This document shows positions 9,642 through 19,460 of a stretch of DNA of 64,000 nt, piece by piece (the first letter of the stretch is position 1; the number at the start of each line of letters is the position of its first letter). The stretch spans positions 1,856,001-1,920,000 of the forward strand of contig CP009479.1 of assembly GCA_000965745.1 (NCBI GenBank), read 5' to 3'. The notes beneath the pieces were generated by a model. The model was not told where the DNA came from. It saw only the letters and a list, made by a program, of their open reading frames with translations, and did not search any database. This stretch comes from an uncultured archaeon. GTDB lineage: Archaea > Thermoplasmatota > Thermoplasmata > Thermoplasmatales > Thermoplasmataceae. Both the position numbers and the translations under genes were made by a program.

Positions 9642-11072
9642 GTGTACATAGTCCGCTATTCTGAGATCGGCCTCAAGGGTACCAAGGCTAGGGAGAGGAT
9701 GGAGCAGTTGCTCGTAAGGAACATATCCAAGGGCCTCGGTGAACTATCCGTGGAGGCGACCATCAAACGTGGCTTCGGCAGGATTTATATCACTGGCGAA
9801 ACGGATTCCGATCGGGCGGCAGACGTACTCTCCCGGACAATGGGGGTCAAGAATTACTCCAGGGCGATTCATAGCAGGTTCACCAGGCTGGAAGACATAA
9901 CGTCCAAGGCCGTGGAGCTATGGGCTGATAAGGTGAATGGGAAAAGCTTTGCCGTGCGTGCCAGGAGAACAGGCCAGCACGATTTCAGCAGCAGGGACAT
10001 AATGAGGGCTGTCGGAGATGCGGTCTACCCATATGCTGGCAGGGTAAACCTTGTAAATCCTGATGTTGAGATTAATGTTGAGGTCAGGGAAAATTCCGCA
10101 TATTACTTCGGGGAATATAGCCCCGGACCGGGAGGCCTTCCTCTTGGAAGTGAAGGGAAGCTGGTCGCGCTTGTTTCGGGTGGAATAGATTCCCCTGTTG
10201 CTGCCTGGAGCGTTATGAAGAGGGGCTGCCCGACGGATCTGATATTCTGCTCACTTGCCCATCCAGTGGACACGAGAGATTTTCTGATAGCTGCAAAGGC
10301 GCTCAATGATAACTGGGGCCACGGATATGATCCGAAGATTCACATCATAAACGGTTCTAAACTTGTCGGTGAACTCACAGACAGGTCAAAATTCAAGCTT
10401 GCAAACATAACGTTCAAGAGGATTCTCTATCTTCTGGCCGAGAGAATTGCAAAGAAATCAAAGGCGCATGGCATAGTCACAGGCGAGTCGCTGGGCCAGG
10501 TTTCCTCGCAGACACCTGAAAGCCTTCATGCGACCAGCCATAATCTGGAAGTACCAGTGATGAGGCCGATGCTTGGATTTGACAAGGACGACATAGTTGC
10601 ACTGTCCCGGAAGATTGGCACCTTTCCCGAAAGTTCCAAAGGGGAGTTTTGTTCCCTGTTTGCTGCACACCCGATAACCAGGCCCACGATTTCAGAATTA
10701 GAAGAAGACATGAAGAATTTTGACTTCCTTGAGCACCTGATTGGTAATGATACCGTCATAAGAGGATCAGAAATTGCAGACTTCCTTTCATCTCTCGGTG
10801 AATCCGATGTCGAAGCGTCAGAAGTTCCAATGAATTCTATCGTGGTCGATTTGAGGTCGAAAGACAAGTATGAACAATGGCATTTTCCAGGTGCGGTGAA
10901 TATGGATCTCCAGGCTGTCGATCAGCTTTTTTCGTCCCGGGACGGAAATACATACATTTTTTATTGCATGAAAGGACTGCAGAGTGCTTACGCCGCAAGC
11001 AGGGCAAGGGCGATGGGGACAACTGCGTACTTCATTTCCGAAGACAAACTTCGAAAGAAAGTGGAAGCTTAA
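9642..11072 (+). CDS. thiI: tRNA 4-thiouridine synthase ThiI with C-terminal rhodanese domain
   Basis: RYSEIGLKG, THUMP, PP-loop SGGIDS, TGESLGQVSSQT, rhodanese YCMKGLQS. Confidence 0.93.
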   Translation: MYIVRYSEIGLKGTKARERMEQLLVRNISKGLGELSVEATIKRGFGRIYITGETDSDRAADVLSRTMGVKNYSRAIHSRFTRLEDITSKAVELWADKVNGKSFAVRARRTGQHDFSSRDIMRAVGDAVYPYAGRVNLVNPDVEINVEVRENSAYYFGEYSPGPGGLPLGSEGKLVALVSGGIDSPVAAWSVMKRGCPTDLIFCSLAHPVDTRDFLIAAKALNDNWGHGYDPKIHIINGSKLVGELTDRSKFKLANITFKRILYLLAERIAKKSKAHGIVTGESLGQVSSQTPESLHATSHNLEVPVMRPMLGFDKDDIVALSRKIGTFPESSKGEFCSLFAAHPITRPTISELEEDMKNFDFLEHLIGNDTVIRGSEIADFLSSLGESDVEASEVPMNSIVVDLRSKDKYEQWHFPGAVNMDLQAVDQLFSSRDGNTYIFYCMKGLQSAYAASRARAMGTTAYFISEDKLRKKVEA

Positions 11073-11112
11073 CCCGGTCCAATATTAAATAACGCCACTG
11101 GCATATTGAACC

Positions 11113-11532
11113 ATGGACCATCCTGAATTGCGATCCGGATCATCTCGAAAACAGGCCGGCCTCGTGGTTCTTTATGATGGATACTGTCCAGTATGCAGAA
11201 GGTCTGCCCGCATCATACGTAAAATGGATATCCTTGGCATAATCGAGCTCAGAAAATACCAGGACTTTCCGCTGGAAAAACTTCCGGTATCGCTTGAACG
11301 TCTTGGAAAGCGCGTCCAGGCCTGTGATCCTGAATTAAGGGTCTGCAACGAGGGCATTTTCGCCTTCAGTTCCATCCTGATTCGAATACCTCCATTGTTC
11401 ATTCCTGCAGTAATCTCTTTCATTCTTGGGAAACTTGGAATAGGCCAGAGATTTTATGATTTTATCTCTGATAACAGGTATCATCTCCCGTTTTCCGGAA
11501 TGTCAAGAATTTTGCTCGGATCTGATGAATGA
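11113..11532 (+). CDS. DCC/DUF393 thiol-disulfide oxidoreductase family protein
   Basis: YDGYCPVC motif; YDFISDNRY C-terminal motif. Confidence 0.85.
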   Translation: MDHPELRSGSSRKQAGLVVLYDGYCPVCRRSARIIRKMDILGIIELRKYQDFPLEKLPVSLERLGKRVQACDPELRVCNEGIFAFSSILIRIPPLFIPAVISFILGKLGIGQRFYDFISDNRYHLPFSGMSRILLGSDE

Positions 11533-11535
11533 AGC

Positions 11536-11997
11536 ATGAAAATTTCGGGTAAAGTAATAATCCCGGATCCAATCTGCATGACGAAAATGGCCAAAGACAG
11601 TTTATTCTTGTCCTCATTCATGCTTGCCTCGTCGGCCTTCGTCTCTATCGGGGCATTCCTTCTGAGATATTATTCCATGGTTCCGGTAATGCTCACTTAC
11701 TTGACCGCCGCAGCAGTGCTGTCAGTTCTCATTACTTCGTTCTTCGTCCACAGGGGTAGCAGACTTGCAATGAACATTGGTGTGATATTGTCGGCCCTGG
11801 CAATATTGTCTTCACTGTCCTCCATAAGCCATCTTGAAGCAATGACCCGGATTTTTCGTGGAGGCCTGATAACAGTTCTTGACCTTCTCGAAATACTCGG
11901 CTTCTATGCGTTCCCTCTCCTGTACATTTTTTACTGGGCTGTGGCTGCAAGAAAGAGGGGGCCGAAATCAACCGGGCTGAAAGAAAGCCGCGACTAG
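11536..11997 (+). CDS. hypothetical membrane protein (about 4 TM)
   Basis: Four hydrophobic segments, basic C-terminus; start may be ATG 11578. Confidence 0.65.
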   Translation: MKISGKVIIPDPICMTKMAKDSLFLSSFMLASSAFVSIGAFLLRYYSMVPVMLTYLTAAAVLSVLITSFFVHRGSRLAMNIGVILSALAILSSLSSISHLEAMTRIFRGGLITVLDLLEILGFYAFPLLYIFYWAVAARKRGPKSTGLKESRD

Positions 11998-12512
11998 GCA
12001 AACTCGTTCCAGTATGATTTCCTTGACCTTTCAAGAGAACGCTGAATTTCTGCCTCCTTTATGGCAATTTCAACAGCTTCTTCCGGATCAGATATCTTGA
12101 TAAATTTCCCGTCGCCGGGCTTGAGGTTGTTAATCGCCATGTCACCGAGGGAGATAACTGATTTCCCTTCTGTGATTGCAAATGACGCCTCGGAAAGGGT
12201 TCCTGAAGACCCCTGCAGCGCTATTACGGAGTCAGCAGCACGAATTATCAGGAAATTTCTGGCATATCCGATTCCAGTTGGAAGGCTAACCGAAAGGTAC
12301 TTGTTGCCGTTCTCAGGGTTTGTTCCAGGGATGATGCCTACTATCAGCCCCTCGTTTTCGTATGCTCCACGGGAGACGCATTCCATTACGCCCTCGCCCC
12401 CTCCATTAATTAATGCAACTCCTTTCTGGGCCAGAAGCTTTCCTATGGTGTATGCGCCTGCGCATGCCTCTCCGTGTTCAGTGCTACCCCCAATTACAGC
12501 GATGTTATACAT
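11994..12512 (-). CDS. LOG-like/TIGR00725 family protein
   Basis: IAVIGG, GGGEGVME, TGIGYARN, GTLSE. Confidence 0.88.
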   Translation of the reverse strand: MYNIAVIGGSTEHGEACAGAYTIGKLLAQKGVALINGGGEGVMECVSRGAYENEGLIVGIIPGTNPENGNKYLSVSLPTGIGYARNFLIIRAADSVIALQGSSGTLSEASFAITEGKSVISLGDMAINNLKPGDGKFIKISDPEEAVEIAIKEAEIQRSLERSRKSYWNEFA

Positions 12513-12637
12513 TTATCACACCTTCAGGTCAACCCTGGAGCTAACCGGACAGTTTAGAATATCGTATTGTGTCAAGATTGAAAATTTTGTGCCTGCCTGA
12601 AAATTTATGAAAGTGTTAAATGACAATTAGTATCTAG

Positions 12638-13444
12638 GTGAGGATGACATTTTCGGTGGTTTTCCATGATCGGGAAACAAAGACATGGGGAGTAGGAGTT
12701 GCCAGCAAGTTTATCTCAGTGGGATCTGTAGTTCCGTGGGCCAAAGCAGGGCATGGTGCAGTTGCTACCCAGTCCTTTTCAAACTATTCTTACGGGCCTC
12801 ATGGGCTGGAGCTGCTAAGGGACAAAGATGCGTCAACCGTATTGAACCTGCTTACATCCGATGATCCCTTGAGAGAAACAAGGCAGGCCGCAGTTGTTGA
12901 TAGAAATGGAAATGTTGCGGCACACACCGGAAGCAAATGTATGGACTTTGCAGGCCACATAACCGGCGATGGGTTCTCAGTTCAGGGAAACATACTCGCC
13001 GGAAGGGAAGTAATCGAGGCCATGGCAAAGGAAATGGAGAAAGGCGGGCCAGTCCTTGAGAGAATATTAAGGACGCTTGAGGCAGGAGATTCCAAAGGGG
13101 GAGACAGAAGGGGGAGGCAGAGTGCCGCAATACTCATAGCAACAGAAGGAAAACCCTTCGAAGAGTTTTCAGACAGATGGGTTGACCTCAGAGTCGATGA
13201 CTCCATCGAGCCGTTTAAGGAGATGAGAAAGCTGTCCCTGCTCTGGGAGGCCACATTCTTTGACCAGGAGATGGTATCCATCAAAGACCATGAGGCGGAA
13301 ATCAACCCTGCCCTGAAGAAGGCAGGCTACAGCTCCCTGAGAGAATGGGCGGACAACAACAATTTCACGGACAAGGTAACAGAGCTGAAAATTGGCGATA
13401 AGGTTCTTGAGGCACTGGTAACGGGTGCAAGAAGCGAATGGTGA
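12638..13444 (+). CDS. DUF1028 family Ntn-hydrolase-like protein
   Basis: (M)TFSVV N-terminus, GVGVASKF, GAVATQS, QGNILAG, GGDRRGRQSAA, DLRVDD. Confidence 0.88.
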   Translation: MRMTFSVVFHDRETKTWGVGVASKFISVGSVVPWAKAGHGAVATQSFSNYSYGPHGLELLRDKDASTVLNLLTSDDPLRETRQAAVVDRNGNVAAHTGSKCMDFAGHITGDGFSVQGNILAGREVIEAMAKEMEKGGPVLERILRTLEAGDSKGGDRRGRQSAAILIATEGKPFEEFSDRWVDLRVDDSIEPFKEMRKLSLLWEATFFDQEMVSIKDHEAEINPALKKAGYSSLREWADNNNFTDKVTELKIGDKVLEALVTGARSEW

Positions 13445-13514
13445 TCTCGCCATCTCCGCCGGGAACTTCATAAAAAAAGCTAATAGTTAAAAAAATATAT
13501 TCCTCAACAATAAG

Positions 13515-13886
13515 GTGGCGTTACAAATGAATGGATCCTTTGCATCAAGAAAAGTGGATCAGCTTAACCCGTACGACATTCAGGAGATGATGGAAGAAGA
13601 CAACGAAAACGTTGTTGTCCTGGATGTGAGGGAGCCATGGGAATACAATGGCGATACCGGTCACGTAAAGGATTCCCTGCACATACCAATGGGGGAAGTT
13701 CCAGACAGGGTAGAGGAGCTCAGGAAGCTTATAAACAAGAATATTGCAGTCATATGCAATAGCGGGAACAGGAGCTACAGCGTATGCGAGTACCTTAAGG
13801 AAAACGGTTTCGACAAGGTTTACAACATACGTGGCGGCATTATTCAATGGCACCTGTCCGGGCTCGATGTTGAATACGGGGACTAG
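13515..13886 (+). CDS. rhodanese-like domain protein
   Basis: LDVREPWEY, GHV, active-site CNSGNRS, GGIIQW; T-run follows the stop. Confidence 0.88.
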   Translation: MALQMNGSFASRKVDQLNPYDIQEMMEEDNENVVVLDVREPWEYNGDTGHVKDSLHIPMGEVPDRVEELRKLINKNIAVICNSGNRSYSVCEYLKENGFDKVYNIRGGIIQWHLSGLDVEYGD

Positions 13887-13929
13887 GCGCCCACAAATCC
13901 TTTTTTTATTATTTTGTGTTACATAAAAC

Positions 13930-15240
13930 ATGAAGGTGGAGAATCTAGAGTCTGTTTCCACAAATCCGAGAAGGCGGAAGATTCTGGAACAGCTCCCGGA
14001 TATCTTCCATAAGCTCGACCCGGAAAATGTTTGTCGCGAGAAGGGGGCAGAGTTAAAGCAGTCGCCGAAAAAATCGGGCAGGACGTACGTAATTGGCTTT
14101 GGCAAAGCCTCCCTTAAGATGTACAAAGGCATCAGAAGCTCATTCGTTGACTGCATTGACGGTGCATACATCATTGTCCCGGATGATGAGATCATTGATT
14201 CAACGTTTCCTGAGTTGACAGTACTTGAAGGCACACATCCTGTCCCAGACGGAAAGTCGGTCAGTTCTACTGAAAAGATTCTTCGCTCCCTTGAAGATCT
14301 CAATGAGGAGGACACAGTATTTGTTTTAATCTCCGGAGGCGGATCAGCACTATTTGAAAGCCCGGTTGAGGGCGTCACCATAGAGGACATTGGGAAAGCC
14401 TCTGAATGCCTCATGGATGCCGATGCGGACATATATGAGCTGAATACTTTCAGGAAGTTTTTCTCCAGGGTAAAGGGAGGGAGGCTGGCCAATCTTCTAA
14501 GGCCTGCGAGAGTGATCGGCCTCGTTATATCCGATGTCTTTGGGGACGACCTTTCTATGATAGCCTCCGGACCGCTTACATACACCGAATATAAAGAGCA
14601 GGATCTTGAGGACATCATTGGAAAATATGGGCAAAGATGTCCCATTCTGAAAGAGATGGGAAGCAAGTCCGCAATAGCAGGGCCGGATTCTTCTGCTTTC
14701 ACGAACGTTCAATTGCACGTTGTCTTAAGGAACCGGGATTTTGTGAATGAATTCTACAATACATTCAATCACTGGGGAGCGGACTGCATAAACCTGGGTT
14801 CCGATGTCAATGGAGATGTGCAGAGCGTGGCTGACAGGGTGATATCCATTATCAGGTCTGCGAGGAGCATCAAGAGGAACGGGTTCTGGTTCACATTCGG
14901 CGGTGAAACCACTGTTAAGGTCAGGGGGGACGGACAGGGAGGAAGGAACCAGGAACTTTCGCTGCGAGTCCTTAAACGGATGAAAGACCAGGATTTTCTC
15001 TTCATGAGCATAGGAACTGATGGCATTGACGGAAAGAGCCCTGCAATGGGCGCTATTGTCGACTCGGAACTCAGAAAAAAACTCACAGACGAAGAAATAG
15101 ACAGATCCATCGCATCGAGTGATTCGTACACGTTGTTGAACAGTTATAACAGTGCAATCATTACAGGAAGAACTGGAACAAATGTTTCTGATATAGCAGT
15201 CGGATACTTTGGTGGCAGTCAGAGAGATGAGGATGATTGA
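13930..15240 (+). CDS. glycerate 2-kinase (MOFRL family)
   Basis: GFGKAS, HPVPD, LISGGGSAL, VKGG, SDV.GD, GGETTV, GGRNQE, GTDGIDG, TGTNVSD. Confidence 0.92.
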   Translation: MKVENLESVSTNPRRRKILEQLPDIFHKLDPENVCREKGAELKQSPKKSGRTYVIGFGKASLKMYKGIRSSFVDCIDGAYIIVPDDEIIDSTFPELTVLEGTHPVPDGKSVSSTEKILRSLEDLNEEDTVFVLISGGGSALFESPVEGVTIEDIGKASECLMDADADIYELNTFRKFFSRVKGGRLANLLRPARVIGLVISDVFGDDLSMIASGPLTYTEYKEQDLEDIIGKYGQRCPILKEMGSKSAIAGPDSSAFTNVQLHVVLRNRDFVNEFYNTFNHWGADCINLGSDVNGDVQSVADRVISIIRSARSIKRNGFWFTFGGETTVKVRGDGQGGRNQELSLRVLKRMKDQDFLFMSIGTDGIDGKSPAMGAIVDSELRKKLTDEEIDRSIASSDSYTLLNSYNSAIITGRTGTNVSDIAVGYFGGSQRDEDD

Positions 15241-15989
15241 AGGTTGTTAAGGGAAGGGAACAGGTTGGGGTTTACGATGAATCCTGCAGGGAAATCAGAA
15301 TAAGAAACAGAACCTATGAGGTTCCGCCAAACCTGATCATATCGACCGGAGATACAGTGACTGTCAAGGGTGATCGGTATGATGTGCTGGACTACAACCC
15401 GTCCTGGTTTGCCGTTGTTGCCAGGAGAGGAGCGCAGATCATACATTCAAAGGATGCTGCATACATCATATCCAGGGCAGGAATTTCTCATGGTGATACG
15501 GTACTGGAGGCGGGGGTAGGTTCAGGCGCGCTCTCTTCTGCACTTCTTTGGGCTGTTGGCAAAAATGGGAAACTTTTCAGCGTCGAATCAGACCGTTCCG
15601 CTATTGAGCGCGCCAGGGAAAATGTCTCGAATTTTCAAGTGATAGAAGACTGGGAAATAATACAGGGAGATGTGAGAACCGATCTTCTTCCCACGGATCT
15701 GGATTGCATTATCCTGGACATTCCTGACCCATGGGATGCTGTGGGGAATTCAATCAGGTCGTTAAAGACGGGTGGCCACCTTGTGACGTACTCGCCGACG
15801 TTCAACCAGACAGAAAGAAATGTAGCCGAAATGGAAGCTGCCGGAATGTCTGTTGTGGAGACTGTTGAGATCACTAAGAGGAACATCCTGGTAAGGCCCG
15901 ATGCGACAAGGCCGGACCATCAGATGATAGGGCATACCGCTTTTATTACGTTTGGAGTTAAAAAGTCAGGCCACTCTGTCGAATTATAA
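15237..15989 (+). CDS. trmI: tRNA (adenine-N1)-methyltransferase
   Basis: RGAQII..KD, EAGVGSG, LDIPDPW, RPDH.M.GHT. Confidence 0.88.
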   Translation: MKVVKGREQVGVYDESCREIRIRNRTYEVPPNLIISTGDTVTVKGDRYDVLDYNPSWFAVVARRGAQIIHSKDAAYIISRAGISHGDTVLEAGVGSGALSSALLWAVGKNGKLFSVESDRSAIERARENVSNFQVIEDWEIIQGDVRTDLLPTDLDCIILDIPDPWDAVGNSIRSLKTGGHLVTYSPTFNQTERNVAEMEAAGMSVVETVEITKRNILVRPDATRPDHQMIGHTAFITFGVKKSGHSVEL

Positions 15990-16003
15990 CAGGTGCTGTA
16001 ACC

Positions 16004-16525
16004 TCACCTTGTAGTGTGGAGAATGTTTTCCAGGCTCCTTTTGCAATTTGGGCAGCAGGCATAGTATGTGTTTCCTTTTGTCTGAAGCTTCAGAGGGGCA
16101 TCAAGAATCTGTTTTCTGCAATAGTCGCAGTAAAGGTCAAAGTCAACTTCATTCTCCTCATATCTTGAAAGTTTATGAACAATCTTCATGCTCCTTACCG
16201 GGAATTTTTCGTACATTGCTTCCTTTCTCAAAACAACGAGAAATGTTCCATCGGATAGTTCGATCGATTCGACCATAAATTCCTCTGGGATGTCAAAGAG
16301 ATTTTCAACCTCGGCGAGCACCATTATGTCTTCGTCTTCGGAATCCACGTTTATTGTGAAATTTCTGATTATGCCTCTCTCGACAAGATTGGATATTATT
16401 CGCGAGACAGTGTTCCTGTTCAACCCTGTCATTTCAGCAATCTCGCTTGCTGACCTCCTTGAATCTTCCTTCAATATTCTAAGAATTTTGGATTCATTAT
16501 AGTTTAAGTTAACAGGCCTCTTCAT
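16004..16525 (-). CDS. Lrp/AsnC-type HTH regulator with C-terminal TRASH metal-binding domain (CopT/CopR-like)
   Basis: N-terminal wHTH (DSRRSASEIA...GIIRNFTI); C-terminal CDYC...YYACCPNC. ATG 16525 preferred over the track start 16606. Confidence 0.85.
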   Translation of the reverse strand: MKRPVNLNYNESKILRILKEDSRRSASEIAEMTGLNRNTVSRIISNLVERGIIRNFTINVDSEDEDIMVLAEVENLFDIPEEFMVESIELSDGTFLVVLRKEAMYEKFPVRSMKIVHKLSRYEENEVDFDLYCDYCRKQILDAPLKLQTKGNTYYACCPNCKRSLENILHTTR

Positions 16526-16618
16526 CTCTGATGGGATGTCAAGGTCTAATAAAATCCTCTCCCACGGTTTGTAAAATTTCGTCGGCCGTCCCTGGAATCC
16601 AATCAAACATTTTTAAAA

Positions 16619-17014
16619 ATGAAGCAATACCAGTTTATGTTTTCTTACGAGAGACTTGTTGGCAATGACGTTGAGAACACCTTTGGGAGTCTTTCCGCAA
16701 AGCTGAAAAATGCTGGATATATAGTTCTCTCATTCGTTGACGTTAAAGAAATACTGACAAAGAACTTCGGCGGGGATCACCCGGGCTACTACATACTCAA
16801 TGTCTGCAAACCACCAGCAGCAAGGGACCTGATTGGGGAGAATGAGGACATGGGATTGCTGCTGCCATGCAAGATAGTTCTGATCGAAAAGGGTGAGAAA
16901 ACCCGGGTCATGATGCTCCGCGTATCCGAACTTGCACAGAAGTATCTTGGCAGCGATGGAAAAAAAGCAATGGTGTATGAAGAAGAACTTATTTCGGTAC
17001 TCGACAACCTTTAG
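16619..17014 (+). CDS. DUF302 domain protein
   Basis: ILNVCKP..A and GLLLPCKIV motifs. Confidence 0.85.
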   Translation: MKQYQFMFSYERLVGNDVENTFGSLSAKLKNAGYIVLSFVDVKEILTKNFGGDHPGYYILNVCKPPAARDLIGENEDMGLLLPCKIVLIEKGEKTRVMMLRVSELAQKYLGSDGKKAMVYEEELISVLDNL

Positions 17015-17079
17015 TTTTTCAGGCAGATAGAAGTTGCCTGCACAATAAAAATTATTAGTATCGACCCTATCAACCTTCA

Positions 17080-17182
17080 CCCGGCTTAGCTCAGTTGGTA
17101 GAGCGGCGGACTGTAGAGGGAATCCACGGCATGGAATACCGCCGTAATCCGCAGGTCTCTGGTTCGAATCCGGAAGCCGGGA
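17080..17182 (+). tRNA. tRNA-Tyr(GTA) with 30-nt intron at 37/38 (17117-17146)
   Basis: Acceptor CCCGGCT/AGCCGGG, D arm GCTC/GAGC, anticodon stem GCGGA/TCCGC, GTA at 17113-17115, T loop TTCGAAT; CCA not encoded. Confidence 0.93.
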
Positions 17183-17604
17183 TACAAAGATTGGTTAGGT
17201 TCCTAAACACATTTCTATGCCTTCAGTTGGTAGTTGTTTATGTACTTCCAGGCCAGATTCTGTGATATAATAATGTTTGAATTATAATGCCAGATGTTAT
17301 GGGCATCATGCGGAGGTTATTTCATTGAGAGCGTGTCTGCCACTTAAGTCATCCTCTGATTTAGGAGCAAAGATACTTGGCCTGATAATCCTGATTTCCT
17401 TCTTCAGTTTCCTTCTTGTTAAGCCCGGAGGAGAAGACCTCCGACTACGATCCCAATGGATCAGAGCCATGATAATCTAGCGATTCGGTAAGTGTATAGT
17501 TTGCATTATTACGCAATTATCCCCAAGGATGCGTCGAATTAGAATTTTCATCATGGACGGGACATTACTATCGCTTCAACCGCAAGACATAATGAGGTTA
17601 TTTC

Positions 17605-18546
17605 TCACCTTGAGCGCAACTTATGGCCAGCAAGGCTTGAACCCATGATAAGCAGATCCTTGGCATTTTCAGATATCCCAATATGACTGAGGAATCCATG
17701 AACCATTCCAGTGGCACGAATACAGGTTACTTTTACAGAATGTTGCTTCAGGGTAGATGCATAGGTCTCGCCCTGATCACGCAGCGGATCAAACTCAGCA
17801 GTGATGACGAGAGTTTCTGGCATGCCTTCATGATTTTTGAATAACATCGGAGAGAAATACGGGCTTGCAATGTCCGCATCATTGTTGATGTAATTCTTGT
17901 GGAACCAGCCCATCATTCCCTCTGTGAGTACATATTCCTTTGAAAACTCTCTGAAAGACTCTGAAGAATAATCGGGCGCGACAACGGGATAATACAGGAC
18001 ACTCAGGGCAGGAACCGGATACCCGTCTTCAACCGACTTGACAGAAAGTGCAGCGCACAAGTTTCCACCCGCACTGTCCCCCATTGTGGCAATCTTGTCT
18101 TTATTTGCCCCAAACTGTTCAGATTTCTCCCTAATCCATCTGTAGGAATCGTACGCATCATTCACAGCCGTTGGAAACTTAAACTCGGGTGCGAGCCTGT
18201 AGCCAACTGAAATTACTTTTGAACCGGAATACCTGGCGATGTGCCTGCAAATGCTGTCATATGCCTCAATGTCACCTATTACAAATCCTCCGCCATGATA
18301 AAACACTATGATGGAATCGCTGGCCGAATCGTCAGAATAAAGCCTGGCATCGAGTTCTGAATCCCTTACCGGTATCTTCATGTCTTCAGATTTCTCAATA
18401 GAGATTTCTGCTCCCAGCATCTGATCGTAGGTCTTTGTCAGTTCCCTGAACTCCTTAGGGTCCACACCTTCCATTGATGTGGGCATTATCTGCATTATCT
18501 GGTCTACCATTTTTTTGATGTCCGGATCAACAGGCATGTTTATCAA
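17605..18546 (-). CDS. HSL-family alpha/beta hydrolase (esterase/lipase)
   Basis: HGGGF, YRLAPE, GDSAGG, DPLRD, HGF. Confidence 0.92.
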   Translation of the reverse strand: MINMPVDPDIKKMVDQIMQIMPTSMEGVDPKEFRELTKTYDQMLGAEISIEKSEDMKIPVRDSELDARLYSDDSASDSIIVFYHGGGFVIGDIEAYDSICRHIARYSGSKVISVGYRLAPEFKFPTAVNDAYDSYRWIREKSEQFGANKDKIATMGDSAGGNLCAALSVKSVEDGYPVPALSVLYYPVVAPDYSSESFREFSKEYVLTEGMMGWFHKNYINNDADIASPYFSPMLFKNHEGMPETLVITAEFDPLRDQGETYASTLKQHSVKVTCIRATGMVHGFLSHIGISENAKDLLIMGSSLAGHKLRSR

Positions 18547-18574
18547 TATGAATTTGAAGCTAATTAACTTTGAA

Positions 18575-19438
18575 TCAATCCGCGCGGTACGGGGTTCCGT
18601 TATCCCAGATGCCCGGGGTCAGGCAGCTTTCCAGGTCCTTCCCTATATCCTGTCTTGAGGCATGATAAATCACGATAAAGCCCCCCTCTTTCCCGTCGTT
18701 TCGGATAAGGGCATTCCTTAAGGATTCAGCGGGCTGAAAAATGTAACCTGACATTCCACGGCTTTTGTAGTTATCCTGGAGCACATAATAGAATTCGTGG
18801 CCTGATTCCGAATATTTCTTGATCATGCCCGCAAGGACAACAAAGTGGCCAACCGACCAGTCATCAAGCTCCATGCATTCCTCCCTGGAAAGAAATTCGA
18901 ACAGGTCCACGGGGGTCTTGAGGAAGGCATTTGAACATGTGAGGTCCACCTGAAGATTCAGAATAATATTCAGATCAGTCTTCTGCAAGTTCTCCCAGAT
19001 TAATTCTCCCACTTTTCTGAAAGCTTCAGAGGTCAGGTTCACTTCATTGTTTCTTGCTGCAAAGAATGGTTTTGCGGAGTACTGGTTTCCAAGGACCTTT
19101 CTTGCTGCCTCCAGAACACCAACAGCACTGGTGCCAAGTTCCTCTTCCCTATCAGAAAACTTCATTTCCAGTGGATAAAAGACTTCTCTTGTCCTGTCAT
19201 CCAGCTCGTCTTCAGATTTCCCTTTTAGTTTCCGGCTGAGTTCATACTCGTCACGGGATATTGTTGTCCCACTCAGTTTTGCCATGATGTCTTCTGAAAG
19301 ATCATATTCAGACTTGGTCTCCAGTGACTGGGCAATCTTGAGAAGAGAGTAGGGGCCGCACGTCTCACTTTTCTGATCCTTAAGGCTACTGAAAGTGCCA
19401 TTTAGCCTCTGGATAGACTTCAGCATCCTGATTTCCAA
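18575..19438 (-). CDS. uncharacterised papain-fold (C39/phytochelatin-synthase-like) Cys-His-Asp protein
   Basis: DQKSETCG, LGTS, VGHFVVLAG, VLQDNY in C39-like order; TTG start at 19438 with GGGAG upstream (ATG 19426 is the alternative); 22 nt after the GS-like stop. Confidence 0.6.
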   Translation of the reverse strand: MEIRMLKSIQRLNGTFSSLKDQKSETCGPYSLLKIAQSLETKSEYDLSEDIMAKLSGTTISRDEYELSRKLKGKSEDELDDRTREVFYPLEMKFSDREEELGTSAVGVLEAARKVLGNQYSAKPFFAARNNEVNLTSEAFRKVGELIWENLQKTDLNIILNLQVDLTCSNAFLKTPVDLFEFLSREECMELDDWSVGHFVVLAGMIKKYSESGHEFYYVLQDNYKSRGMSGYIFQPAESLRNALIRNDGKEGGFIVIYHASRQDIGKDLESCLTPGIWDNGTPYRAD

Positions 19439-19460
19439 ACTTACTCCCGGTTTCCCGGCG

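Noticed and set aside
17183-17604. Integrated element or att site after tRNA-Tyr, and small ORFs in this gap
   Set aside because: No integrase or repeat of the tRNA 3' end found by eye; the 54-67 aa ORFs have no recognisable features.
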